Source: Halarcobacter sp. (GTDB lineage: Bacteria > Campylobacterota > Campylobacteria > Campylobacterales > Arcobacteraceae). From it: DNA of 64,000 nucleotides. The stretch lies in the NCBI GenBank assembly GCA_963676565.1, contig OY781089.1, positions 576,001-640,000 of the forward strand. The letters are read 5' to 3'. A model generated the notes under the pieces. It was not told where the DNA came from. It saw only the letters and a list, made by a program, of their open reading frames with translations, and did no database searches. The translations under genes were made by a program, and so were the position numbers. Shown here piece after piece: positions 29,554 through 38,746 of the stretch. The number at the start of each line of letters is the position of its first letter. The first letter of the stretch is position 1.

Positions 29554-32500
29554 ATGGTTGAAAGTATAATCTCTTATAGTATAAGAAATAAATTTCTTGT
29601 ACTTTTTTCTGTAATAGTTTTAACATTTGCCTCTTTTTGGGCTGTTAAAAATACAAGTTTAGATGCATTACCTGATTTATCTCCACCACAAGTTATTGTA
29701 CAAGTGAAATGGCCAGGTCAAAGTCCAAAAACAATTGAAGAACAAGTTTCTTATCCACTTATTTCAAATCTTATGAGTCTTCCTGATATTGATACAGTAA
29801 GAGCTATGAGTTCATTTCAAAATGCTTTGATATATATTATATTTAAAGATGGAACAGATTTATATGATTCAAGAAATAGGATTTTAGAACAGTTGTCTCA
29901 ATTACAAGGAACTTTCCCTCAAGGTGTTAATGTTGCAATTGGTCCTGATGCTACAGGAGTAGGGTGGGCTTATGAATATGCTTTAAAATCTGATACAAAA
30001 TCACTTGATGAGTTAAGATCATTACAAGATTACTATTATAAATTTGCCTTACTTGGAGTTGATGGGGTTAGTGAGATTGCATCTATTGGTGGTTTTATAA
30101 AAAACTATGAGATTACATTGGACCAAGATAAAATGGTTCAATATGATTTATCAATAGGTGAAATTAAAAATGCTTTAACTAAAAACAATGATGAAAAAGG
30201 TGGAAGAATTATTTTAGAAAATGGCTTTGAACATATGATTCAAGCTAAAGGGTATTTAAAAAATAGATTTGACATAGAAAATATTACAATAAAATCTATC
30301 AACTCTATACCACTTAAAATAAAAGATATAGCAGATGTAAATATAACATCATCAAATAGACGTGGAATGGCTGATTTAAACGGAGAAGGTGAAACTGTTG
30401 GTGGTATTGTTGTTGTAAGATATGGAGAAAATCCATATGCTGTTATAAAAGCAGTAAAAGAAAAAATCAAAACTTTAAAGGTTGAGGGTGTTGACGTTGT
30501 AGAAACTTACGATAGAACTTCTTTAATTGATAAAGCTATTGATACTTTAAAAAATACTTTGATTGAAGAATCTATTATAGTTATGATTGTTAGTGCTTTA
30601 TTTTTATTTCACTTTCGAAGTGCACTTATTATAATTATTACTCTACCAATTACTGTATTATTAACTTTTTTACTTATGAAGGTTTTTGGCCTAGGGTCTA
30701 ATATAATGAGTTTAGGGGGGATTGCAATTGCTATTGGTGCAATGGTTGATGCAACTATTGTTATGGTAGAAAATGCCCATAAATATCTTCAAGGTAAAGA
30801 GAATATTTCAAATGAAGAAAGAATACAGATAATAATAAAATCTGCAAAACAAGTTGGTCGGCCAATCTTCTTTGCTTTGATTTTAGTTGTAGTTTCTTTT
30901 TTACCAATTTTTGCTTTATCAGGTCAAGAGGGAAGATTATTCTCACCTTTAGCTTATACTAAATCATTTGCAATGATTGCAGGAGCTATTCTATCAATTA
31001 CAGTTGTACCAATACTTATGATATTTTTTATTAAAGGTAAAATACTAAGTGAAGATAAAAACTTGTTAAACAAATTTTTTGTAAAACTTTATTCTCCTTT
31101 ATTAAAAGTATCTCTAAAACTTAGGTTTTTAGTTGTACTTATTTTTATAGGAACTTTATTAGCTTCATATCCAGTATATAAAAAACAAAACTGGGAATTT
31201 ATGCCAATGATGAATGAACAAACTTTTATGTATATGCCTGTAACACCATATGGTATTGGGGTAGATTTATCTAAAGAGTTAACACAAAAAACTGATAAGA
31301 TTTTAAAATCATTTCCTGAAGTTGATACTGTTTTTGGTAAGGCTGGTCGAGCTGATAGTGCAACTGATCCTGCTCCACTTGCTATGATTGAAACAATTGT
31401 GACTTTTAAACCAGAAGATCAATGGCGTCCTGGAATGACATATAAAAAATTAATGTCTGAAATGGATAGAAAGCTTCAGGTTGCTGGACTTATAAATTCA
31501 TGGACATATCCAATTAGAGGTAGAATTGATATGCTTCTAACTGGTATTAGAACACCTTTAGGGATAAAACTTTATGGTAATGATCATCAAGCTTTAGAAG
31601 ATAAAGCAGCCCAATTTGAAAAGATATTAAAAAAGTTTGATAAAACTCTTTCAGTATCAACTGATAAAATCAACTCAGGATACTATTTAAATATAAATCT
31701 TGATGAAGAGATGATAAGTAGATTCGGGATTACAAAAAATGACATCCTTTCTACTATCTCTTTAGGTGTTGCTGGAGCTAAAATCTCTACCCTTTTAGAT
31801 GGATTAGAAAGATATCCTATTAGTTTAAGGTTTGAAACAACACAAAGGGAAGATATAACTTCATTAAATAATCTTCAAGTTAAAACCAAACTTGGATTCC
31901 AACCTTTAAGTATGTTTGCTAAGTTAAAATATGAAGAAGGACCTTCCGTAATCAAATCTGAAAAAGCTTTAAATGTTAACTTTATTTATATTACTCCTAA
32001 AAGTGATATTTCTGCAACAGCATATAAACAAGAGGCTAAAAATTTACTAAAAGATTTAAAGCTTCCAGAAGGGTTTTATTATGAATGGGCAGGGCAAAGT
32101 GAGTACTTAGAATCTGCGATGGAAAGACTGACTTATATTATTCCATTGACATTCGTAATAATCTTCATTTTAATATATTTTGCCCTTAGAAATATTACAT
32201 ATACATTTATAATATTCTTTACCTTGCCCTTTGCCTTAACAGGTGGTATATTCTATTTAGAATATTTGAATTTTAATATATCAATTGCTGTTATTGTTGG
32301 TTTCCTTGCCTTACTTGGTGTTGCAGCTGAAACCTCAATTGTTATGTTAGTTTATTTGCATGAAGCTATGGATAATCTTGTAAAAAAATGTCCATTGCCA
32401 GAAAAAGAACATATTTCCCATGCTATTTATAAAGGAGCGGTTCTTAGATTAAGACCAAAACTCATGACTCTATTTGCAATTTTAGGGGGTCTTATTCCTA

Positions 32501-32670
32501 TAATGTATATAGATGGTGTGGGTAGTGAAGTTATGCAAAGAATTGCCGCACCTATGATAGGTGGAATGGTATCCTCTGCATTTTTAACGTTAGTTATTAT
32601 TCCAGCTGTATTTTATATATTAGCATTGAAAAAGGGTGGTAATATGGCAAAATGTGATTTATCTCATTGA
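29554..32670 (+). CDS. cusA: Heavy-metal RND efflux pump, CusA/CzcA family
   Basis: LDALPDLS, GPDATGVGW, AIGAMVDA..VMVEN, DPAPLAMIET, RIDML, RLRPKLMT. Confidence 0.92.
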   Translation: MVESIISYSIRNKFLVLFSVIVLTFASFWAVKNTSLDALPDLSPPQVIVQVKWPGQSPKTIEEQVSYPLISNLMSLPDIDTVRAMSSFQNALIYIIFKDGTDLYDSRNRILEQLSQLQGTFPQGVNVAIGPDATGVGWAYEYALKSDTKSLDELRSLQDYYYKFALLGVDGVSEIASIGGFIKNYEITLDQDKMVQYDLSIGEIKNALTKNNDEKGGRIILENGFEHMIQAKGYLKNRFDIENITIKSINSIPLKIKDIADVNITSSNRRGMADLNGEGETVGGIVVVRYGENPYAVIKAVKEKIKTLKVEGVDVVETYDRTSLIDKAIDTLKNTLIEESIIVMIVSALFLFHFRSALIIIITLPITVLLTFLLMKVFGLGSNIMSLGGIAIAIGAMVDATIVMVENAHKYLQGKENISNEERIQIIIKSAKQVGRPIFFALILVVVSFLPIFALSGQEGRLFSPLAYTKSFAMIAGAILSITVVPILMIFFIKGKILSEDKNLLNKFFVKLYSPLLKVSLKLRFLVVLIFIGTLLASYPVYKKQNWEFMPMMNEQTFMYMPVTPYGIGVDLSKELTQKTDKILKSFPEVDTVFGKAGRADSATDPAPLAMIETIVTFKPEDQWRPGMTYKKLMSEMDRKLQVAGLINSWTYPIRGRIDMLLTGIRTPLGIKLYGNDHQALEDKAAQFEKILKKFDKTLSVSTDKINSGYYLNINLDEEMISRFGITKNDILSTISLGVAGAKISTLLDGLERYPISLRFETTQREDITSLNNLQVKTKLGFQPLSMFAKLKYEEGPSVIKSEKALNVNFIYITPKSDISATAYKQEAKNLLKDLKLPEGFYYEWAGQSEYLESAMERLTYIIPLTFVIIFILIYFALRNITYTFIIFFTLPFALTGGIFYLEYLNFNISIAVIVGFLALLGVAAETSIVMLVYLHEAMDNLVKKCPLPEKEHISHAIYKGAVLRLRPKLMTLFAILGGLIPIMYIDGVGSEVMQRIAAPMIGGMVSSAFLTLVIIPAVFYILALKKGGNMAKCDLSH

Positions 32671-32709
32671 TTTGTGGATAAGTCCCACGTTTACTACACA
32701 AAAAAAGTC

Positions 32710-32837
32710 TATAATACTCTTACAGTTTTAGAAAAACGATGACAACAACCAACACAAATATAATGAAACTTGAAATTTATTTTGACAGTGTGACAACCAA
32801 CATAAAATTCTTCTCCTTAATCAAGTTTCATTATATT
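32710..32837. ncRNA. Candidate structured small RNA or micro-ORF locus between convergent genes
   Basis: Perfect 17-bp inverted repeat 32757-32773/32821-32837; loop contains TTCTTCTCCTT; TATAAT at 32710. Confidence 0.35.
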
Positions 32838-32897
32838 AAACTTATTAAAAATCAAAATTTTACGTAAAGTTGCTAGAAAATTAAAAAAAGAAAAAGA

Positions 32898-33164
32898 TTA
32901 GTATTGTCTTCTAGGTCTTTCTTCTCTTGGTTTTGCTTCATTAACTCTAAGCGATCTACCTTCAATTTCACTTCCGTTTAAAGATTCAATAGCTTCATTT
33001 CCAGCAAGATCAGTCATCATTTCAACGAAACCAAATCCTTTAGATCTACCAGTTTCTCTATCCATAATCACTTTAGCACTTTTAACTTCGCCAAATTTAG
33101 CAAAAACTTTCTCTAAATCACTATCACTCATTCTATATGATAGGTTACCAACATAAATGTTCAT
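32898..33164 (-). CDS. RRM-domain RNA-binding protein
   Basis: RNP2 IYVGNL, RNP1 KGFGFVEM. Confidence 0.95.
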   Translation of the reverse strand: MNIYVGNLSYRMSDSDLEKVFAKFGEVKSAKVIMDRETGRSKGFGFVEMMTDLAGNEAIESLNGSEIEGRSLRVNEAKPREERPRRQY

Positions 33165-33236
33165 TATTCCTCTTCCTTAATTAAAGTAATGAACATTATG
33201 CCCTATTTATTGATAATTAGCAAGTATATTTTCTAA

Positions 33237-34643
33237 TTATTTATCGAAATTTCGCTCAATTGCGTTGTTTATTCTCTTTTTTACCTCGTCAAAACCTAAA
33301 ATTGCCATGATATCATAAACAGATGGTGCTTGAGTTCCTCCTGTTAAAGCAATTCTAATTGGTTGGAAAAGTTGAGGGAATTTTAACTCAAATTCTTCAA
33401 TAAATGGCTTAGTAATTAATTCATAATCACATGCTAAATGAAGAGTATCTTTGTTCTTTTCTAAAAGTTCTAAGTATGTTTCTAAGATTTTAATAGTATT
33501 CTCTTTTACAAACTTTTTACTTCCTTTTGCTTCATACTCTGTTGGAACTTCAAGAATTTTATTTATTGCATCTTTTAATTCAACTAAAGTTTGAGCTCTT
33601 TCCTTTGAAAGATCTAATAACATCTCTTTTTTATCATGACCCTCTAAATGGCAATCAAAAAACTTTAACTCTTGAGCAAGTCTTTCATTAGAAACATTTT
33701 TAATATAGTGCGCATTTAACCATAAAAGTTTTTCTTCATTATATGAAGATGCCGATTTATTTATATTTTTTGGATCAAAAAGCTTTAACATCTCGTCCAT
33801 TGAAAATATCTCTTGATCTCCATTCGACCATCCAAGTCTAACTAGAAAGTTCAATAATGCTTCAGGTAAATATCCTTTTCTTTTATAATCCATTACATCA
33901 AGTGCACCATCTCTTTTTGATAGTTTTTTACCTTGTGGATTATTAATCATTGGAACATGATAAAATTTTGGAACATCAAATCCTAATGCTTCATATATAA
34001 TAATTTGTTTAGCTGTATTTGTTAAATGGTCATCACCTCTAATTACATCAGTCATTTCCATTAAAGCATCATCAATTGTTACAACAAAGTTATATGTTGG
34101 CATACCATTACTTCTTGCAATTACAAAATCATCAACTTCAGAACATTCAAAATTCATAATTGATTTAACACCATCAATAAAAGTGATTTTACCTTCTAGT
34201 GGAGCTTTGATTCTTACAACTGGCTCAACTCCCTCAGGAATCTCTGGTAAAGTTTTACCATCTTCAGGTCTCCATGTACCATCATATCTTGGAGTTTGTT
34301 TATTTGCCATTTGAGTTTCTCTTAAAGCATCGAGTTCTTCTTTACTCATATAACAATTATAAGCCTTACCCTCATCAAGTAATTGTTGAATATATTTTTT
34401 ATAAATATCTAATCTTTGCGATTGATACTCAACTTCACCATCATAACTTAATCCTACCCAATCAAATGCTTCAAGTATTGCACTCATAGCTTGCTCATTG
34501 TTTCTTTGAGTATCTGTGTCTTCTATTCTTAATCTAAATGTCCCATTGTTTCTTCTGGCCCATAAAAAACTATATAAAGCCGTTCTTAACCCACCAATAT
34601 GTAAATATCCAGTTGGGCTTGGAGCAAATCTAGTTATAGTCAT
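33237..34643 (-). CDS. gltX: Glutamate--tRNA ligase
   Basis: RFAPSPTGYLHIGG, KKLSKR. Confidence 0.95.
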   Translation of the reverse strand: MTITRFAPSPTGYLHIGGLRTALYSFLWARRNNGTFRLRIEDTDTQRNNEQAMSAILEAFDWVGLSYDGEVEYQSQRLDIYKKYIQQLLDEGKAYNCYMSKEELDALRETQMANKQTPRYDGTWRPEDGKTLPEIPEGVEPVVRIKAPLEGKITFIDGVKSIMNFECSEVDDFVIARSNGMPTYNFVVTIDDALMEMTDVIRGDDHLTNTAKQIIIYEALGFDVPKFYHVPMINNPQGKKLSKRDGALDVMDYKRKGYLPEALLNFLVRLGWSNGDQEIFSMDEMLKLFDPKNINKSASSYNEEKLLWLNAHYIKNVSNERLAQELKFFDCHLEGHDKKEMLLDLSKERAQTLVELKDAINKILEVPTEYEAKGSKKFVKENTIKILETYLELLEKNKDTLHLACDYELITKPFIEEFELKFPQLFQPIRIALTGGTQAPSVYDIMAILGFDEVKKRINNAIERNFDK

Positions 34644-34651
34644 AATTTTCC

Positions 34652-34750
34652 TTATTTATCTTTTTTGTTATTATTCATAAAAAAGCCTATTGCCGAAAAA
34701 ATTGCAACGGCTGCAATAAAAATTAACATTGCATAATCAAGAGCTTGCAT
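34652..34750 (-). CDS. Small single-TM protein, 32 aa (MQALDYAMLIFIAAVAIFSAIGFFMNNNKKDK), not in the ORF track
   Basis: AAGGA SD 5 nt before the ATG; overlaps the rlmN end; stop adjoins the gltX SD; hydrophobic core with charged tail. Confidence 0.65.
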   Translation of the reverse strand: MQALDYAMLIFIAAVAIFSAIGFFMNNNKKDK

Positions 34751-35807
34751 TAGCGTCCTTCTCTTTTAGTTGACCACATGCAGCTGAGATATCAAGACCT
34801 TTTGATTCTCTTATTGTACATAGAAGTCCTCTACTTGTTAAATAATCTTGGAATTTTAGCATATCGTTCCTTTCGGGTCTTTGATATGATGTACCTGGAT
34901 AAGGATTAAAGTAAATTAGATTTACTTTAGCTTTAATCCCATCAAGTAAGTTTAAGAGTTTTTTAGCACTTGCTATATCATCATTTTTATCTTTTATCAC
35001 TAAATACTCGAACATAACCTTTTTTCGAGCATCAACAGGAAATTTTCTAACTGCATCAATTATTGATTTGATATTGTATGCTTTATTCATTGGAATAAGT
35101 TCACTTCTTAAATCATCATCAACTGCATGTAAAGATATTGCAAGTTGAATACCTAGGTTTTCGTTACCTAGTTTTTCAATTTTTGATGAAAGTCCAGATG
35201 TTGAAACTGTTTGTCTTCTTCTATTTATTGAAAGTCCCTCTTCTTGAGAGAATACTTTTACAGAGTGAACAAAGTTATTATAATTGTCTAAAGGTTCACC
35301 CATCCCCATATAAACAATATTTAAAGATTTGTTCTCAGCAATGTCATTATCTCTTTTTATTTCTACTATTTGATCAACAATCTCACCCACAGTTAGGTTT
35401 CTTACAAAACCACCTTTTGCAGTTAAACAAAAAGTACATCCTACTTTACAGCCAACTTGTGTTGAGATACAAACTGTGTACTGTTCACTTCTTTCAATAG
35501 AACCATCTTCATTTATTTTTTTCTTCTTCATCAATAGCAAAACAGCTTCAACTGTATGTCCATCTCTTAATCTAAATAGATATTTTATACTTCCATCTAT
35601 ACTTTGTTCTTTTTTAACAATTTCAAGAATATTGATTGGGTAGTTTTCTTCTAATGTTTGTTTTAAATCATTTGGTATATTTTTCATCTCTTCATAAGAG
35701 TTTGCATATTTTTTGTATATCCAATTATAAACTTGCTTGGCTCTAAAGCTTGGTTTTAATTGTTCTTTTAATTCATCTAATGTGTAATCGTAAATTGAAT
35801 TTTCCAA
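34737..35807 (-). CDS. rlmN: 23S rRNA/tRNA methyltransferase RlmN (radical SAM)
   Basis: CISTQVGCKVGCTFC, MGMGEP, AACGQL; TTG start at 35807 after GAAAGGA. Confidence 0.95.
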   Translation of the reverse strand: MENSIYDYTLDELKEQLKPSFRAKQVYNWIYKKYANSYEEMKNIPNDLKQTLEENYPINILEIVKKEQSIDGSIKYLFRLRDGHTVEAVLLLMKKKKINEDGSIERSEQYTVCISTQVGCKVGCTFCLTAKGGFVRNLTVGEIVDQIVEIKRDNDIAENKSLNIVYMGMGEPLDNYNNFVHSVKVFSQEEGLSINRRRQTVSTSGLSSKIEKLGNENLGIQLAISLHAVDDDLRSELIPMNKAYNIKSIIDAVRKFPVDARKKVMFEYLVIKDKNDDIASAKKLLNLLDGIKAKVNLIYFNPYPGTSYQRPERNDMLKFQDYLTSRGLLCTIRESKGLDISAACGQLKEKDANASS

Positions 35808-35841
35808 TTTTTTCCTTTCATTTATAAAACGTTTTTGATAC

Positions 35842-35857
35842 TGTTTCACGTGAAACG
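35842..35857. promoter_or_regulatory. parS site
   Basis: TGTTTCACGTGAAACG, 15/16 match to the TGTTTCACGTGAAACA consensus. Confidence 0.85.
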
Positions 35858-35900
35858 TTAGAAAACTAAATACTTTAGCTTATAACGTAAAAGTGTAATC

Positions 35901-36446
35901 TTATGCATCATATTTGATTATATTTTTATCAATAAGATATTTTGTCAGCTTTGACATAGCTTCTTTATGATTATTTATAAAATCTTCATGAGCATTTTTA
36001 TTTGTGTAGTTAGTAATAACAAATATTCCTGCAGCGGGTATTCCAAACTCACGGGCAACTTGTACAATAGAAAAAAATTCCATATTTTCAATACCAATGC
36101 CATAATCACCATAGTTTTTCGCTAAATCTAAATTTGTAGATATATAGTTTGAACTATTTACAATTGTATCGTTTCTAACTAGTTCATTTTCTGATTCTAA
36201 TACTTTATCTAAGGGAGTATAAGAATCATCTCTTAAAAAAGAGATTTCCACATTTGAAGCTTTTCTTGATTCAACTATATCAAGAATATTATAGTTCCCA
36301 TAACTTCCTGCACTTCCTATAAACAATAAAAAATTTGGCTTATCAAATAAACATTTTTTTGTTAAATTTATGGCAGATTCAATAAGTCCTACTCCCATAG
36401 GTTCTGCAAATTTGAAAGTTTCATTTCTTCCAGCACAAACTATCAT
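35901..36446 (-). CDS. Purine nucleoside phosphorylase-superfamily protein
   Basis: GVGLIESA, FIGSAGSYG, IENMEFFS, ITNY. Confidence 0.75.
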   Translation of the reverse strand: MIVCAGRNETFKFAEPMGVGLIESAINLTKKCLFDKPNFLLFIGSAGSYGNYNILDIVESRKASNVEISFLRDDSYTPLDKVLESENELVRNDTIVNSSNYISTNLDLAKNYGDYGIGIENMEFFSIVQVAREFGIPAAGIFVITNYTNKNAHEDFINNHKEAMSKLTKYLIDKNIIKYDA

Positions 36447-37111
36447 TCACATTCCATAGTATAATTTGTAAATATAACAATATTTTCTTGTTTTGTGTCA
36501 GGTATGGGTATACTTTTATTTTTTATATCGCTTGTTGAATATATTTTTCCTGTATTTGCATTCATTAGTTGATTGTCTTTATCTATCTCAATATTTTTTA
36601 AGGCACAATTTCTACCTAAATCGTTTGATATATTTTTGATGTAATTTATCCCCCAATTTATTGCTTCTAATCTTAATAAATCAAAAGTCACATTGTAAGT
36701 ATCTTCTGGAACACTCCATGCTAGATTAGTTAATGAAATTTCAGTATCTCTATTTCTTTTAAGTTTTGTCAATTCTGAAATAAATTCATCCATGTAATTT
36801 GCTTTATATGAGTTAACTTTATATCTTAATTCACCAATATATCCAGATACTTTAGGTGTATTCATTGCATGCTTATATTTAGGCCTTATTGATAGGCTTA
36901 TGAATTTTTTTTCAACTTTATCAAACTGTTTTATTGTTTCATTAAACTTGTTTAATCTTTGCTCCAGTCTATATTGTTTTTTGTCATCAATAGTTATTCT
37001 AATGTTTGTTGTTAATGTGTCATGTGGAAGTTCATGTATAAATTTTTTTTCAAATTTTAACTCAAATGAGAAAAGAAAAATTGGAAGAACAAGTAGACTC
37101 AATAGTTTCAT
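36443..37111 (-). CDS. Exported protein, SIMPL (DUF541)-like
   Basis: Signal peptide; SIRPKY...GYIG.L.Y pattern. Confidence 0.55.
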   Translation of the reverse strand: MKLLSLLVLPIFLFSFELKFEKKFIHELPHDTLTTNIRITIDDKKQYRLEQRLNKFNETIKQFDKVEKKFISLSIRPKYKHAMNTPKVSGYIGELRYKVNSYKANYMDEFISELTKLKRNRDTEISLTNLAWSVPEDTYNVTFDLLRLEAINWGINYIKNISNDLGRNCALKNIEIDKDNQLMNANTGKIYSTSDIKNKSIPIPDTKQENIVIFTNYTMECE

Positions 37112-37112
37112 T

Positions 37113-37874
37113 TTATATCCTTACAGGTATATTGTTTTCCCTCAAATAGTGTTTTAATTCCATAATATCAATTTCTTTAAAATGGAAAATTGATGCAGCT
37201 AAGGCAGCACTTGCCCCATGAGTAAATGCTTCTTTCATATGTTCCATAGTTCCTGCTCCACCACTTGCAATTACAGGAATATCTACTAGTGACGAAATTT
37301 TTTCAGTAATATTTAGTTCAAAACCAGACTTAGCACCATCAGTGTCCATAGAAGTCAAAAGTATTTCACCTGCTCCTCTATCATAAACTTCTTTTGCCCA
37401 TTGTAAAGCATCAATTCCAGTATCCTCTCTACCACCTTTTACAAAAACGTGGTATGAGCCATCGTCAACTTTTTTTACATCAATTGCCACAACAATACAT
37501 TGACTTCCAAATCTTTTTGCGCCTTCATTGATAAAGTCTGGATTAACAACTGCTGAAGAGTTTACAGAAACTTTATCACAGCCTACATTAAGTAGTTTAT
37601 AGATGTCATCTAGCTTTCGTATACCTCCACCAACAGTTAATGGTATAAAGACCTCTTTAGCAACACTTTTGACTATATCAACTATAGTATCTCTATTTTC
37701 GTGGCTTGCAGTAATATCTAAAAAAGTAATCTCATCGGCACCTTCATTATTGTATCTTTTTGCAACTTCTACAGGATCTCCTGCATCTCTTAAACCTACA
37801 AAGTTTACACCCTTTACAACTCTACCATCTTTTACATCTAGACATGGGATAATTCTTTTTGCAAAATAACTCAA
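37113..37874 (-). CDS. hisF: Imidazole glycerol phosphate synthase subunit HisF
   Basis: [35 protein letters not shown]. Confidence 0.97.
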   Translation of the reverse strand: MSYFAKRIIPCLDVKDGRVVKGVNFVGLRDAGDPVEVAKRYNNEGADEITFLDITASHENRDTIVDIVKSVAKEVFIPLTVGGGIRKLDDIYKLLNVGCDKVSVNSSAVVNPDFINEGAKRFGSQCIVVAIDVKKVDDGSYHVFVKGGREDTGIDALQWAKEVYDRGAGEILLTSMDTDGAKSGFELNITEKISSLVDIPVIASGGAGTMEHMKEAFTHGASAALAASIFHFKEIDIMELKHYLRENNIPVRI

Positions 37875-37945
37875 ATTAGTTCCTTCATTTTTATGTAAAA
37901 ATCTTATCTAATTGTAAGTTAAAAGCAGATATACTCTTAATTCTT

Positions 37946-38746
37946 ATGGAAAAAGTTATAGCAAAAAAGAAATTTGGTCAAAATTTCTTAAAAGATCATA
38001 CCGTACTTAACAAGATCATCCAATCGATGCCCAATAACAATAATCATATTGTAGAAATAGGGCCTGGCTTAGGTGATTTGACAAAAAATTTAGTCAAGTA
38101 CAAAGACACGACTGCTTATGAAGTCGATACTGATTTAATCAGTATATTAAATTCTAAGTTTGCAAAAGAGATAGAAGAAAAGCGTTTTGAATTGATCCAC
38201 ACTGATGTTTTAGATGCTTGGGAGAAAAAAGGTAGTTTACATAATGGCAAATATGACTTAATTGCTAATTTACCTTACTATATTGCAACAAATATTATAT
38301 TAAGAGCATTTGAAGATGTTAACTGTGAAAATATAATTGTAATGATACAAAAAGAGGTGGCTGAAAAATTCTCTGCAAATGAGGGTGATAAAGAGTTCTC
38401 TTCCTTAAGTGTTATTACAAAAATGGTTTCAAAAGAGTGTAGGCTACTATTTGATGTACCTCCAGAATCTTTTGATCCGCCACCAAAAGTTACCTCTTCA
38501 ATTCTATATGTATCAAAAGATACTAGTGTAGAATTAGATAAAGACTTTATGAAGTTTTTGAAGGTTTGTTTTACACAACCTAGAAAGAAATTATCAAAAA
38601 ACCTTTTGTCGGTTATTGATAAAGAGTTTTTATCTAATATCTACAATGAACTTAATATAAAAGAGACTTTAAGACCTCATGAAGTAAGTGCGTCTTTGTA
38701 TAGCCAAATGTATACAAAGGTAAAGAATGGAAAACAACGAGGCTAA
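37946..38746 (+). CDS. rsmA: 16S rRNA dimethyltransferase RsmA/KsgA
   Basis: KKKFGQNFL, EIGPGLG, ANLPYYI, F.PPPKV.S. Confidence 0.95.
   Translation: MEKVIAKKKFGQNFLKDHTVLNKIIQSMPNNNNHIVEIGPGLGDLTKNLVKYKDTTAYEVDTDLISILNSKFAKEIEEKRFELIHTDVLDAWEKKGSLHNGKYDLIANLPYYIATNIILRAFEDVNCENIIVMIQKEVAEKFSANEGDKEFSSLSVITKMVSKECRLLFDVPPESFDPPPKVTSSILYVSKDTSVELDKDFMKFLKVCFTQPRKKLSKNLLSVIDKEFLSNIYNELNIKETLRPHEVSASLYSQMYTKVKNGKQRG

Noticed and set aside
35808..35849. ORF-track N-terminal extension of rlmN
   Set aside because: The GTG lies inside the parS palindrome; the TTG at 35807 has the SD.
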